Shown here: one piece after another, positions 41,964-55,473 of the stretch
Numbering within the stretch: the first letter of the stretch is position 1
Layout of the letters: every line of letters begins with the position of its first letter
Assembly: GCA_951406725.2 (NCBI GenBank)
Contig: OX597814.1
Location: 184,388,001-184,452,000, forward strand
Length of the DNA stretch: 64,000 bases
DNA from: Octopus vulgaris
Taxonomy: Eukaryota
Direction of reading: 5' to 3'
The notes under the pieces: model-generated
The model's database searches: none
Seen by the model: only the letters and a program-made list of their open reading frames with translations
Told to the model about the DNA's origin: nothing
Position numbers and translations under genes: made by a program

Positions 41964-42454
41964 ATATATAGATCAGTGATGGTTTGTATTTGAAAACATT
42001 ACACTTTAGAAAGTAATATATTTGTAACTTTCAATGCAATCTAAAGCTTTTTTTTAAATTTACACTCCCGTGTTCTACAGAGCTGATTAATGAAACAGCT
42101 TCGGAAGAGAGACAGAGAGTCCATATGGAAGCAAAAACAAACAACAACAAAAGAAGAACGGATGAAAAGAAAAAGAAAAAATGTTACCGATATGTGATTG
42201 GTTGCTTTATATATTTAGCTATTCAACTGTGTCATACGTGATATATTCATCTGTGCTCATGAAAAAATATTTTAATATCTTTAGTATCATATATTGAAAG
42301 TACCATATATTGCAGAAAATAAGGAAGATGAATGTTATGCCCATGAAGAACTAAATGTTTTTTCTTTGATTCATCTTTTAATATGTGACCGTCTTTCCAG
42401 GTATGACAGGAATCATCATTTGGAATGTATATTATTTTATCCAATAGGTATTTG

Positions 42455-42584
42455 GCAACGAACCACATGGTTCCGGGTTCAGTCCCACTGCGTGGCACCT
42501 TGGGTAAGTGTCTTCTACTATAGCCTCGGACCGACCAAAGCCTTGTGAGTGGATTTGGTAGACAGAAACTGAAAGAAGCCCGTC

Positions 42585-42674
<90 letters not shown>

Positions 42675-42872
42675 TTGTGTGTGTCCCTCCCCAATATCGC
42701 TTGACAACCAATGCTGGCGTGTTCACGTCCCCGAAACGTAGCGGTTCGGCAAAAGAGAACCGATAGAATAAGTACTAGGCTTACAAAGAATAGGTCCTGG
42801 GGTCGATTTGCTCGACTAAAGGCGCTGCTCCAACATGTCCACAGTCAAATGACTGAAACAAGTAAAAGAGTA
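42455..42872 (+). mobile_element. SINE family A, 5'-clipped
   Basis: Homology to family A. Confidence 0.88.
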
Positions 42873-43717
42873 ACTCTCCAATAAACATGAAGAAAATTGC
42901 TAGAAAAATTCACCTATTTTGGCGCAAAATTGAAAAATATTGTAACAAAATGTTCTGCTTTTTTTTTCTTTTGTTATTGGCTTTTTTTCCCGCGAAACTA
43001 AGATCAGACTTTCCGGTGTAATTATTGTAGAAGGTTTGTGATCAGTTGCAATATATATGAACAAGTACATTTCTTATGATTTCCAAAGACTATACGGCTA
43101 TCCTGAGTTTGTGGCTACTTCTGGAGGAAGAGAGAGTTTTATCATACTGGTGGAACAGGGTAGGGAACCCAGTTGTTACAAGTGTGTCATAAGAAGATCT
43201 GGAAACACAGGAGGACTTTCTGTTCAGAAGAGTTAAGAAAACAAGTGAAGAAAAAAGGAACAAAGAATAGCAGTAAGTATAAAAAAGTTAGTTTATAAAG
43301 CGCTGCGGTTCGCAACACAGAGACCAAATGCCGATGACTAAAGCACAGAAGGGGTGACCAATAACGGAAAACAAGGCTGGAGAAGAAATGCCTGTCGCAA
43401 AGTGTGTTTCGTAAAAGATGGAAGTCTATAGCAAGTATGTTGCGAGTGAAAGAACCTGTTTAAACGAGAATATAAAAAGGAGAAAGCAAAGTCTTCAGTG
43501 TGAGTATGTGGTTTATGGGGTCGATCGCGTCCTCCGCTTCATTTTTTTGTAAATCACTCATTCTCATTTAACTGTATATATTTTATAGAAATATTAAATT
43601 TCTAAATATCTCAGAGAGATATAAGCAGTGGTGGAACGATAGAGCAGTTGTATACCGTCAACTTAACGTGACAGTCCCATATTTCTATTTTTGGTGATCA
43701 GTGAATTTACTTCACTG

Positions 43718-43785
<68 letters not shown>

Positions 43786-43787
43786 CG

Positions 43788-44235
43788 TATATTTGCCATT
43801 TGAATATGGCTAACCCCTAAAGGTTGGATGCTACTGTAGTTTGTAGCCCCAGGAGGACACCTCCTCCAGCTGGCTATAGACACACTTTCTGTGCCCTATC
43901 AGTTTTTGCAAAGGGAAGCCATCCTTTCCGTCTTCAACTTATGATACACACGGACTGATATTGAAAAAGTGTAATCGATACTGGAAAAAATATATGTATT
44001 TGTGAAGGGAACCTATTTCTCATCGACAACTATGATTGTCACACGCCGATGACGGGTCAATACCCTGAAACTCGAGTCCGTGTGTATCATAAGTTGTAGA
44101 CGGGAAGGATGGCTTCCCTTTGCAAATACTGATAGGGCACAGAAAGTGTGTCTATAGCCAGCTGGAGGAGGTGTCCTCCTGGGGCTACAAACTACAGTAG
44201 CATCCAACCCTTAGGGGTTAGCCATATTCAAATGG

Positions 44236-44243
<8 letters not shown>
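43788..44243. mobile_element. Inner fold-back element, ~169-bp arms, inserted in (TA)n
   Basis: 43788-43956 / 44075-44243, 4 mismatches by eye. Hammerhead at the spacer/arm junction. Confidence 0.9.
44040..44084 (+). ncRNA. Type-I hammerhead ribozyme, U4C variant
   Basis: cacacg-CCGATGA-c-gggt(caat)accc-t-GAAA-ctcgaGTC-cgtgtg. Palindromic stem III actcgagt. Stem I extends to 44026-44098. Confidence 0.8.
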
Positions 44244-44291
<48 letters not shown>

Positions 44292-44334
44292 TACAAAGTC
44301 TAGACAGGTATCTTCAGCTAGCAGACCATGCTAC

Positions 44335-44377
44335 TCCAGACTGATGACGAGCAAAGACTCAGAAACATGTCTCTGGA
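44335..44377 (+). ncRNA. Type-I hammerhead ribozyme, canonical core
   Basis: tccaga-CTGATGA-c-gag(caaaga)ctc-a-GAAA-catGTC-tctgga. Palindromic stem III acatgt. Confidence 0.85.
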
Positions 44378-45109
44378 CGCAAGCTTAGCTGGATGGGGGT
44401 GCTTGTCTCCCCCTTGTAAACATAAGGACACAGGAAATGTGTCAAGGCCGACAGGAAGCGTTGATACTTCCTAGGGCTAAATAGCGGTGGTGTGATTCCC
44501 TTTATGGGAATGTCACGTTAAGTTGATAGTATACAACTGCTCTGTATATAATTTAATTGTTTGTTTATTCATACGTTTCGTCTCATTCGATACCCTGACC
44601 CTAATGTTTGTTTTGTCTGTCCTCGTATCGTCCCCTAGTTTTCTCAACCTCATGGTTAATAAAGAAATTGACTAAAGCACTGAAGTCTTCTTCCCTTTGT
44701 AAGGGTCGGAAAGAAATGGATGATGTACAGAAGTCGTAAATGAGCAACTGCAGTGTGATAAAAAGAAGAAAACACGAAAAGAAAGAAGTAAAGCCTAACC
44801 AAAGCAAAGACACTAAAAAAGTGGACCATCCCTTCTGAGAATGCATGGAATTCACGCGTCTCTTCCAACAATTATGAAGGACCAATCCTATTGTGTGAAA
44901 AATCAGAAAGAAGAAAGGAAAATATGTTGATTGAGGGAGTGATTGACAATAACCTCAGAGAATAATCTTTTGATAGGTTCTACTTCCGCTTGATGGTTTA
45001 TTTACCTGTCAGTTTGAGCAGGTAGATTACTGTCATGTGCCGTGTTTGGTAATAGGTTTTGCTACTTCTTATCCCTCTATTACGTCGATTATGATGGGAT
45101 ATGATCAGA

Positions 45110-45148
<39 letters not shown>

Positions 45149-45426
45149 GATGATTCTGATCAGTCAGCAGCCTTGCCAAATAAAAAGTCGCAGTCTGAAT
45201 ACTTCGGAGATCGACTTAGCCTTTCATCTTCCTAAGATCGACAAAATAAATACCAGTTGAACACTGAGGTCGATGCAGTCAAGCTACCCACTTCCCTGAA
45301 ACTGCTGGCCTTGAGCTAAAATTACAAAATATCATCATCATCCTCCTCCTCCTCCTCCTCCTCCACCTTCTCCTCCTCCTCCTCCTCCTCATCATCATCA
45401 TCAGTGTTGTTGTTGATATTTTCGTT

Positions 45427-45639
45427 AAGGCGGCGAGCTGGCAGAATCGTTAGCACGCTGGACAAAATGCTTAGCTGCATTTTGCCTGTCACTACATTCT
45501 GAGTTCAAATTCAGCCGAGGTCGACTTTGCCTTTCATCATTTCAGGGTCGATAAATTAAGTACCAGTTGAGTATTGAACTCGACGTAATCGACTCGTCCT
45601 CTCCCCTAAAATGGCTTCCCTTGTAGCAAAATTTGAAGC

Positions 45640-45702
<63 letters not shown>

Positions 45703-45905
45703 CATGGTTAAGGCGGCGAGCTGGCAGATTCGTTTGCACGCCAGGCAAAATGTTAGCGGCATTTCGTCCAGCTTTACGTTCTGAATTCAAATTCCTTCAA
45801 GGTCGACTTTACCTTTCGGATACCAGTTGAGGTGAGTACTGGGGTCAATGTAGTCGGTTAGCTCCCTCCCTCGAAATTGCTGGCCTTGTGCCAAAATTTG
45901 AAACT
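45427..45905 (+). mobile_element. Two tandem family B variant SINEs (45427-45640, 45710-45905)
   Basis: Same head and centre as family B but an alternative tail (tggccttgtgccaaaatttgaa) followed by trinucleotide repeats. Confidence 0.8.
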
Positions 45906-45987
45906 TTCATCATCATCATCACCACCATCACCACCACCTCAACCACCACCACCAGCGCCATCTTATTATTATTATTATTATTATTAT

Positions 45988-46629
45988 TGAGTGAGAGAGC
46001 AGTGCATGCCATCAAAGTGACACTGAGGTAAAATATACGAAGCCCAGTATAACCATCACGACTACCCGTCTGATAAGGGTACACCAGGCACATGCATCAC
46101 AACCATATGTACGCGGCATGGTGATCTCATATCAAGATAAACAGCACATGACCTTGCAGGTGGGGCCCAGTTAGAATTTTCTTCAGGTCGAGTAGCCCAT
46201 CCTGCTCAAAAGGTCCCTGAATAAGGGTTGCTTTAGGATGTTGAACGAAACACCTATGTTTCCAGAGGTGAATTATTCAAACTCCAAAGAATTCCTTTCA
46301 ATACACGGCTATGATGCTCCCCCACTACTTCTGCTCGTGATCAGAGATGCACGTATTGTCAGCCACTAAGGGACATGCTCAACTGGTTATGGTCAAACAA
46401 CTGACAAGCAAATCTGTGATATTGAGCAGAATATTTGCTGTAACCCATCTTTTATACCAAGACAAAACACTGTACATGATGACACTTCCAATCAGTTAAG
46501 ATCAGAAGCCATGAGAGCCACTGCCTGGTACTGCATCAGGGCATTCAGAAGCCATGAGAGCCACTGCCTGGTACTGCATCAGGGCATATCAGAAGCCATG
46601 AGAGCCACTGCCTGGTACTGCATCAGGGC

Positions 46630-46633
<4 letters not shown>
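45988..46633. mobile_element. Non-coding element inserted in (TAA)n, with one terminal 43-bp unit triplicated
   Basis: High-complexity 645-bp block flanked by (ATT)n on both sides. Units at 46502-46544, 46545-46587 and 46589-46631. Confidence 0.6.
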
Positions 46634-46705
<72 letters not shown>

Positions 46706-46708
<3 letters not shown>

Positions 46709-46957
46709 TAGTATAGTTTTTATATCGTGCTTTCACTTCACTACCGAGCGCAGCTGTGTGTGCCTTAGGTATGTGCTGTGATTTGTTTTGATGCTCTGAT
46801 GGTTATTGTACGGAAAATGTTCTGCGTAGGATGTGTGCAGTGCCTAGTAGTGCAATTTTCTGTATGTTATATGTGTTTGTAAGTCCTGGTGTTTTTGTTA
46901 TGTAGTTGTCTGAATATTTTTTTTATCATGCCTAATGCACCTATTATGATAGGAATA
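46706..46957 (-). mobile_element. R4/Dong-like 3' end, second copy
   Basis: Near-identical to 17436-17680 (PIIIGALGMIKK...). Flanked by (TAA)n. Confidence 0.85.
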
Positions 46958-46986
46958 TTATTATTGTTATTGTTATTATTATTATT

Positions 46987-47076
<90 letters not shown>

Positions 47077-48124
47077 TTTACTAGTATTGATGTTGTTGTT
47101 GCTGTTGTTTGTAAGGAAAAGGATGAACTCTATGAGTTTATCAGTAACAACTTCACGTATAAGGCCCGCTTGTGTATTGGTTGGCATTTATATGTGTATG
47201 TATAGACGAATGTGTGTATACGAGTGCAGTATGCATTTATGCTTGCATATATGTGCGTGTTCTTGTATGTGTTTGCATATGTAGGCGCACTCGTGTCGAA
47301 GTGCATGTCTGTTCGTGACCCTTCGCCGCCATAAAAAAGAAAAAAAAACTCAGCAAAAATAACAAGGCAAATCAATGCGTCAATCGGACAGAAATCTAAA
47401 GATATTAACAAAGAAGCACTTACCGCCTTGCCAAATAAAACAGAGACATGGGCTGGATTGATTACACTATTGAACAATCAAATTAGTGGTGCGTAGTAAG
47501 TATACTATTTACTGAGAACACGATGAATAACTTCTCAACAGTATTATATTATTGTACAAGTTTGTTTGTGACGGTGGGGGTTGGAACAGTATCCATAGCA
47601 TATTGAAAAGGAAGTGAAATGCTTGAGTGGTCACTGCATTCATTGGATTACCTTCGTAAAGATATCTTGAGTTCAAATCTAGGCTAATGCGTTTTTATTG
47701 TGTATTTTGAAAAAAATAAAATAAAATAAGATATTCTTCGTTTTACAGTTCATCTAACAGTCTGAATTAGGCAACATATTATCAGAGAATATTACCTGAG
47801 AGGGACTTGCGTACAGGCCAGGAGGAGTGTGTGGTAAGAGGTTTATTTCCCAACCACACACACAGTCCGGGACTTAGGTCTACTGTGTGGCACTTTGGGC
47901 AAGTGTCTTCTTCTATAAAGCGTTGTGAGAGAGAGTTGGTTGACTTAAACGCAAAGAAGCCTGTCGCTGATACGCACGGACACACACACATACACACACA
48001 TGTATAATCAGCCGAAATTGCGAAGATAATCTGCTACTTGACTCAGGAAAGAAAACTTCGAATCACCCGTCCTTGTTTTCTTTGTATCGCGCCTATCTAG
48101 ATGTTTTGCGTTCTTGTTCCATTT

Positions 48125-48196
<72 letters not shown>

Positions 48197-48202
48197 TATA
48201 TA

Positions 48203-48262
<60 letters not shown>

Positions 48263-48738
48263 CGTGTATGTGTGCGTGTGTGTGTGTATGTATGTATATA
48301 TGTATGTACGTATATGTTGCTGTGTGTATTTGTATTTGTCTGCCACCACCGCTTGGCAACCAATGTTGGTTTGTTTACGGCTCCGTAACTTAGCGGTTGG
48401 CAAAAAGAGACAAATAGTATAGAATAGGTACCAGGTTTAAGGAGACGAATTAGCTCTGGGATCGATTTGTTTGGCTAAAGCTTTCACAGCGTTGCTCCAG
48501 CAAGTCCGTAGTCTATTTGACTGAAACAAGTAAAAGGTGAAAGATAAAGAAATATACCGTTTTCTTTTTACCTGAGGCTTGAGCTCAGCCCCAAAATTAA
48601 AAATCACCTGAAGCCTTTGAAAGGAAACATTAGTCTTGACAGTAAGGTTGATTTGTCCTTGATGCATACGCCACCATCATGCGCCAATGTATAATTTGCG
48701 TACGTCAGGCAAGAATTCAGAATTGAAGTATTTCCTTA

Positions 48739-49135
48739 TAGGTGCAGGAGTGGGTGTGTGGTAAGTAGCTTGCTTACCAACCACATGGTTCCGGGTTCAG
48801 TCCCACTGCGTGGCACCTTGGGCTAGTGTCTTCTACTATAGCCTCGGGCCGACCAAAACCTTGTGAGTGGATTTGGTAGACGGAAACTGAAAGAAGCCCG
48901 TCGTATATATGTATATGCATATATATGTATTTATGTGTGTGTTTGTGCCTGTGTTTGTCCTCCAACATCAATTGACAACCAATGCTGGTTTGTTTATGTC
49001 CCTATCACTTAGCGGTTCGGCAAGAGAAACCGATAGAATAAGTACAAAGAATAAGTCCTAGGATCGACTAAAGGCGGTGCTCCAGCATGGCTGCTGTCAA
49101 ATGACTGAAACAAATCAAAGAATAAAAGAAAGGAA
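48739..49135 (+). mobile_element. SINE family A
   Basis: Full copy with small deletions. Confidence 0.9.
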
Positions 49136-50159
49136 AAAGAATGAATACCATGAATGTTATAAGGGACAATTTTGTAAAGAACGTTAAACACAATTAAATC
49201 ACTGCTATTTGATTTCTGATACTTATTTTGATAAACATGGAAAGATAAACGGGAAGAATAAAGATAAACTTGGATAAATAAGAAGATCGAGATTAAATAT
49301 TTATATTAAGACCCTTGTCACAATTACAATGATTCCTCTGCGCGCTAGAATAAGATTTTAGTCGATGTCATCTACACTTTTACGTGACTGGTTTCTCTTT
49401 CGACAGTTCCGGAAAGATCTTGACTAAAAATACAGAATGATAAAAATTAATTACCATAATAGCTGTAATTTTTTCCTTTAGTGACTTATCCTGTGCTAAG
49501 TCGTAATCTCAACTACTTTTGGCAGAAAAAATAACACGTCTTCAAAGCACTTAATGCAGTCCTCAACTTCCAACCGTATCAATTTTTAAAATACTAGAAT
49601 ACTTTTTACACTTACCTCTTTAGTGAGGTTAAACACTATATAGCTGTTAATCTAGCGATCTCAATGTGCAGTCGTCTTTAGTTTTTTTCAAATTGTAAAG
49701 CATTTAATCCGGCTCTCCACCGACATTTTTTTTAATGCTTTTATATGTAATACATACAGTTCAGCTGCGATCATATGTACGTACCTCATCAGTTTTCAAG
49801 CATTTAGTCTGGTACTTAACCCACGTAAATTTTCAGTTTTAAATGCAGTATAATCTCTTTATTCATTCCTTCCTTGACCTCTTCAATTTTAAAATACCTC
49901 AAAGCATTTACACTGATGCTCAACACTCCTAAATTTCTCTTCAAATACTGTAAACTATATTAGAACAAAAAAGAAAAAGAAACAACTCCAAACAACAATT
50001 AACCGGTCTCCATGAGTTAATTGTTATTTGGATTAACGGAGAAAAGTATTGCGAGACCGTTTACATTTATTTTTAATTTATTTTTAATTCAACTAAAATG
50101 TGACTGTTAGGAAATCCTAATCTCAACTGGTTTATGGAAATCATACAAATCGTAGTTTA

Positions 50160-50432
50160 TTTTTATTTATGCGCCCCTTTCAAGCCTAGCCAGGCTCATG
50201 GGCCCGGTTTCCCGGTTTCTATGGCATATGTGCCCCCCTCCCAGCTAGACGGGACGCCAGTCCATCGTAGTGTTACTCAAGAAACAGGAAGACAGAGTGA
50301 GAGAAAGTTGGGGCGAATGAGTACAACATGGGTCGCCACCACCCTCTGCCGGAGCCTCGTGGAGCTTTTAGGTGTTTTCTCTCAATAAACACACAACGCC
50401 CGATCTGGGAATCGAAACCGCGATCCTCCGAC
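50160..50432 (-). mobile_element. tRNA-SINE with V-domain-like block (family D2)
   Basis: Minus strand ggtttcgattccc B box, gatggactggcgtcccgt block, tail shared with 51345. Confidence 0.8.
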
Positions 50433-51344
50433 TTATACCTGCCCTGAAATTTCTGGCCCTGTACTAAAATTTGAAAGCAATATAGTCAAAGCATGAAGGC
50501 GTTTAGTTATAGCTCTGATGTTACAAAGCAGATACTATAGCAAAAAGATATACAACATTTAATGATTGGAAATAATTGGATAAAATTCGAGATTAGATTT
50601 TATAAAGAATTCATCTCTAAAATCACTACCTTTATAACCAACAGGGATCTGTTATATGCTCATTCGACTTGCTAGAAATACTAGCCGAATTTCCCAAAGG
50701 TCGCAGTCAACGACATATTGGTCAATGTTATACTTTATGTTCTCTGAATGAAAAATAATCTAGTTGACTATAGCTGTAACGTTTTTGATTACGCATTTGA
50801 TTGATGAGGGTGCACTTGAGTTTAAAAGAAACAGCAGTATCAAAAACAGTAAGAAGTATTATCATTACCAGTAAATACACACATAAACACAGACCCCCCA
50901 CACACACACACATGTATGTATATGTATTTATGTTATATATATAAATATAAGAGATAATTTTCGTGTAAGCAGATTGGATGCGATGTTCTAAGTATTTTTT
51001 GCTTTTCTTTTCAGTTCTACATTTCTTAAGTTCTCCCATTTTTCGGACAGTCCCAGCATAGCCACAGCTCGCGGGCTGAAACAGGTAGAAGATAAAAAGC
51101 ATAGAATAACCTCACTGTCTGCCCGTGAGAGATTTGTCTTCTTTCTGCTATGCCAACCACTGTTGAACTGCATATTTTGATTTGTGAAAGACAAAACTCT
51201 CTTTCAAACGCCATTTATATTTACTTAGTTGTCGATCCACTTCATGGTTGCTTAAACTGCGAAAAGTAGCGGCAACATCTCTCTCTCTCTCACTCTCCCA
51301 AGAATATATCTCTTCTATTTTAATGGGGAGTATTATATAATATG

Positions 51345-51598
51345 TGGAGGCGCGTGGCTTAGTGGTTAGGGTGTCAGTGCCATGATCGTAAGATTGTGGT
51401 TTCGATTATTGGACCGGGCGACGCGTTGTGTTCTTGAGCAAAACATTTCATTTCACGTTGCTCCAGTCCACCCAGCTGGCAAAAATGAGTAACGATGCGA
51501 TGGACTGGCGTCCCGTTCAGCTGGAGAACACATACGCCATAGAAACCGGGAAACCGGGCCCATGAGCCTGGCTGGGCTTTATAAAGTGCGCATAAAAG
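51345..51598 (+). mobile_element. tRNA-SINE family D1
   Basis: tggcttagtggttag A box, CORE-like block, gatggactggcgtcccgttcag. Degenerate relatives at 16381-16500 and 56822-57030. Confidence 0.85.
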
Positions 51599-51854
51599 AA
51601 AAAAAATTATATGATATAGTCCAAAGTACTCTATATGTGATACAAAAAGTCACGACTGAAACATCTTCGATCATATGTTTGTTAGATCAAGCACAACATT
51701 AGTTACTAAAAAGTCCTTCAACTAAACATTTTCTTCTCCCTTTATCACTTGGTTCTATCTCTCTTATTCTGTCTTCTCATATCTTTTGCGTACAAAATAT
51801 CTATTATCCACGAAACACAACCTTCATATTTTTCGGTTTAGTATAGTTATTGTG

Positions 51855-52087
51855 AAGGCGGCGAGCTGGCAGAAACGTTAGCACGCCGGGCGAAATGCGT
51901 AGCCGTATTTCGTCTGCCGTTACGTTCTGAGTTCAAATTCCGTCGAGGTCGACTTTGCCTTTCATCCTTTCGGGGTTGATAAATTAAGTACCAGTTACGC
52001 ATTGGTGTCGATGTAATCGACTTAATCCTTTTGTCTGTCCTTGTTTGTCCTCTCTGTGTTTAGCCCCTTGTGGGTAGTAAAGAAATA
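51855..52087 (+). mobile_element. SINE family B with 15-bp target-site duplication
   Basis: agtatagtt(a/t)ttgtg at 51840-51854 and 52088-52102. Confidence 0.92.
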
Positions 52088-52310
52088 AGTATAGTTTTTG
52101 TGTAGCCTAGTCACAGCTGGCCAAGGCAAAACTGATCAAGAGTCATTAATTTATTTCATCTACCGTGCTGCATAAGGGGAATCTTCAAATCTTCCTATTT
52201 TCAACGGGTCATTCGACATATATCTAAACAACAATGTTGGTATAGAGTTGAATGTTTCATTGATTTGCAGTGCTGGGTTAAATTCGTCAAAGGAATAATT
52301 TTTGCATAAA

Positions 52311-52722
52311 AGGCGTTGAAGTGGCTGTGTGGTAAATAGTTTGCTTACCAACCACATGGTTTCGGGTTCAGTCCCACTGCGTGGCACCTTGGGCAAGTGT
52401 CTTCTACTATAGCCTCGAGCCGACCAAAGCCTTGTGAGTGGATTTGGTAGACGGAAACTGAAAGAAGCCCGTCGATATATATATGTGTGTGTATGTGTGT
52501 GTATATATACGTTTGTGTGTCTGTGTTTGTTCCCCCAACATCGCTTGATAACCGATGCTGGTGTGTTTACGTCCCCGTAACTTAGCGGGTCGGCAAAAGT
52601 GACTATTAGAAGAAGTACTAGGCTTACAAAGAATAAGTCCTGGGGTCGATTTGCTCGACTAAAGGCGGTGCTCCAGCATGGCTACAGTCAAATGACTGAA
52701 ACAAGTAAAAGAGTAAAAGAAT
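52311..52722 (+). mobile_element. SINE family A, full length
   Basis: Complete copy. Confidence 0.92.
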
Positions 52723-53845
52723 AAAATTAAGTGAAGAACTTCGCTTTTAGAAGATGTGATTCTGTGACAGCTATGTTTTTCTCAGAAGCGATAATGATAC
52801 GAGGAGAATTGACAATTCAAAGGGAATAGATTCAGTGACTCAAAGTTAGGCTACGTCTAATGAATACTTGCGAGTTTGATTTCTTCAACACGCATTAAAT
52901 CTAGTTTTAGAAGCGAGGAATGTGAAAATGGGACCGGTTTTTCTCTGTGGCAAAGAATTACTGACATAAAGGAAATAAGTTGAATCTATATAGGAATATA
53001 TCGTTAGTTGAGAATTTGGCCTTTTTACAAAAAAGTTATCCCTGTAATGATAGACCATGATGGAGGATTCCACGTGGTGACTCAGGTTATTTGAAACAAC
53101 ATCTAAACCTTGCTTATATCACACCCTACACTGGTTGTAAAAGAACAAAAAAAAAATCAAGCGTGAAAAACCAGATGGGAAGGTCACGCTTGGGACTTCT
53201 TAGGTCAGCTTCATTAGGATTAATCTGGGGCTGAGCCATAAAATCTCATGATGAGTAACTTTCATAATAAGAAGGCAGAAAACATCCGTTAGAAATAGCT
53301 GAGGCGAGTTGTAAGAAATTTAATCAAAGTTATCAATCAGACTGGTGTCAATTATATTTGAGACGTCAATGAAAGTTTAACTCTGCCACATGAATTTGAG
53401 CTCTGGATGACTTCCCTAAGCTACAGTCGGTTAATTCCGACTGGTGTTAGTAAATTCAAACTACGCTCGGTTACAGTCGGACTCCTCCGGCTATCATCGC
53501 CTACATATGGCTTTTATATGATGACTCAACGATTTTCATTCGGGATTTTACAGTTGTGATTACCGAAACTCTTTTCTAATACAAATCGTGATTACCGAAG
53601 AAATCCGTTTGCATAAGTGGCAGATATGTGATGTGGAATGATCCCCTTCACTGCTTAGTAATTTGTCATATAAAGGGTTAAATTAAAGATTGCAATATTC
53701 CGTTGATTCATGCAGAACTTGACATGATATACAGCTTAGCTTAAACATTTGTATCAGTAGAATTATCTCACTTCTATTCTGATAACAACGGTTTGTCTTA
53801 GTAGTTGCCTTTTCCTTACGATCTTGTTTACTCGCTCTACTATAT

Positions 53846-53886
<41 letters not shown>

Positions 53887-53949
53887 CTTTCTCTTTCACA
53901 CACACACATACATATAATACACATATATGTACAGATATATATAGATTCA

Positions 53950-54018
<69 letters not shown>

Positions 54019-54139
54019 TAGATAGATAGATAGATATATAGATAGATATAGATATGTTCATATGTATGCCTGTATGTTTGCAGCTAGGCAATACATATTT
54101 ATGAACATGTATACATACGTAGATACATAGATACATACA

Positions 54140-54175
<36 letters not shown>

Positions 54176-54272
54176 TATGCATATATATGTGTGCGTGCGT
54201 AATACAGACATACTTATCTATCCATCTCTCTCTCTATATATATCTATATATATATCTATTTCTCTCTCTCTC

Positions 54273-54332
<60 letters not shown>

Positions 54333-54964
54333 CATACATATGCATCTGTGTATTATTAGACACACACATACACATTTTCGTTGTTTCACTTCTATTTCTT
54401 CCCTTATTCTGTTCAAACCGAAGTCGCTTTCGTCCTTACTTTACTTCTAAATTTTCGTCATTCAACGAAAAGCTGTGATATATTTATCAAATGAAGCATT
54501 AAATGCAAACAGTTTTTTCTTTCAATGCAATGACAATATTGACGCAATGCTTGTTTTACCAAAATACAGCAATTTGCATAATGTTGAAATAGTATATAAA
54601 CTGAAGGGTAAATTATAGCCGTATAAGAATTGACTTGTCAGTTCTTGCATAAACAAAACACATCAAAATCAATATGGCTTCCACCAGTTTGTCGACTCTG
54701 CTCAGGAGGATCGGCAATGAAGTGGTTTTCGTCTCCACCATTTGTTTATTTCAGTGAAGTATCGATAAATCTCTTTACGCAATGAATAGAACTGATCAGC
54801 AATTTGCAGAGTATATACATATATCCACCCATACAACCGCATACAGATAATTTGCTATTTCATAATGCATCTCTGGAGAGAGACTTTGCTTTAACATACA
54901 CATATATATGCTTATATATGCGTACCTACACACACACGCCCTCACACACAGATTGAAAGAAAGG

Positions 54965-55044
<80 letters not shown>

Positions 55045-55084
55045 GGTATATATAGATATGTTTATAAATATGTATGTGTACCGT

Positions 55085-55275
55085 TGGCGATTTTTTTCCC
55101 TCTGTCTTCCCTTCTCTGCATCTTTCTTTTTCCTATGTTCCTGATGAAGAGCTCCGCTCGAAACGTAAAACCCTCCTTCTTCCCTTCCTTCCTGAGCGTC
55201 CAATAATACTATATTTGTTCCACCTCCTCGCGTTGTTGTGTTTTCTCTTTGTGTTTTCATGTTTGGATTAACTTT
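55085..55275 (+). mobile_element. PLE-like remnant with hammerhead
   Basis: Homologous to the reverse complement of 1633-1785. Ends in (TA)n. Confidence 0.7.
55137..55171 (+). ncRNA. Minimal type-I hammerhead ribozyme, canonical core
   Basis: gttc-CTGATGA-a-gagc(tcc)gctc-GAAA-cGTA-aaac. Confidence 0.78.
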
Positions 55276-55442
55276 ATATATATATATATATATATATACA
55301 TATATATAAGCATATATATATATATATGCTTATATATATGTACATATGATATATAAAATGGCGCTATATATATAATTGCACATACATACATGCATAGATG
55401 CATGCATACATACATACATACATACATACATACATACATACA

Positions 55443-55473
<31 letters not shown>

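Larger units (their letters stand above)
43641..44543. mobile_element. Outer inverted-repeat element with hammerhead
   Basis: 41-bp inverted repeats 43641-43681 / 44503-44543 (3 mismatches). Hammerhead at 44335-44377. Confidence 0.75.

Noticed and set aside
44601-44885. 94-aa hydrophobic minus-strand ORF
   Set aside because: No reliable motif. At best a very decayed LINE end.
46502-46631. Three 43-bp direct repeats as a CRISPR array
   Set aside because: No spacers, no cas genes, eukaryotic context.
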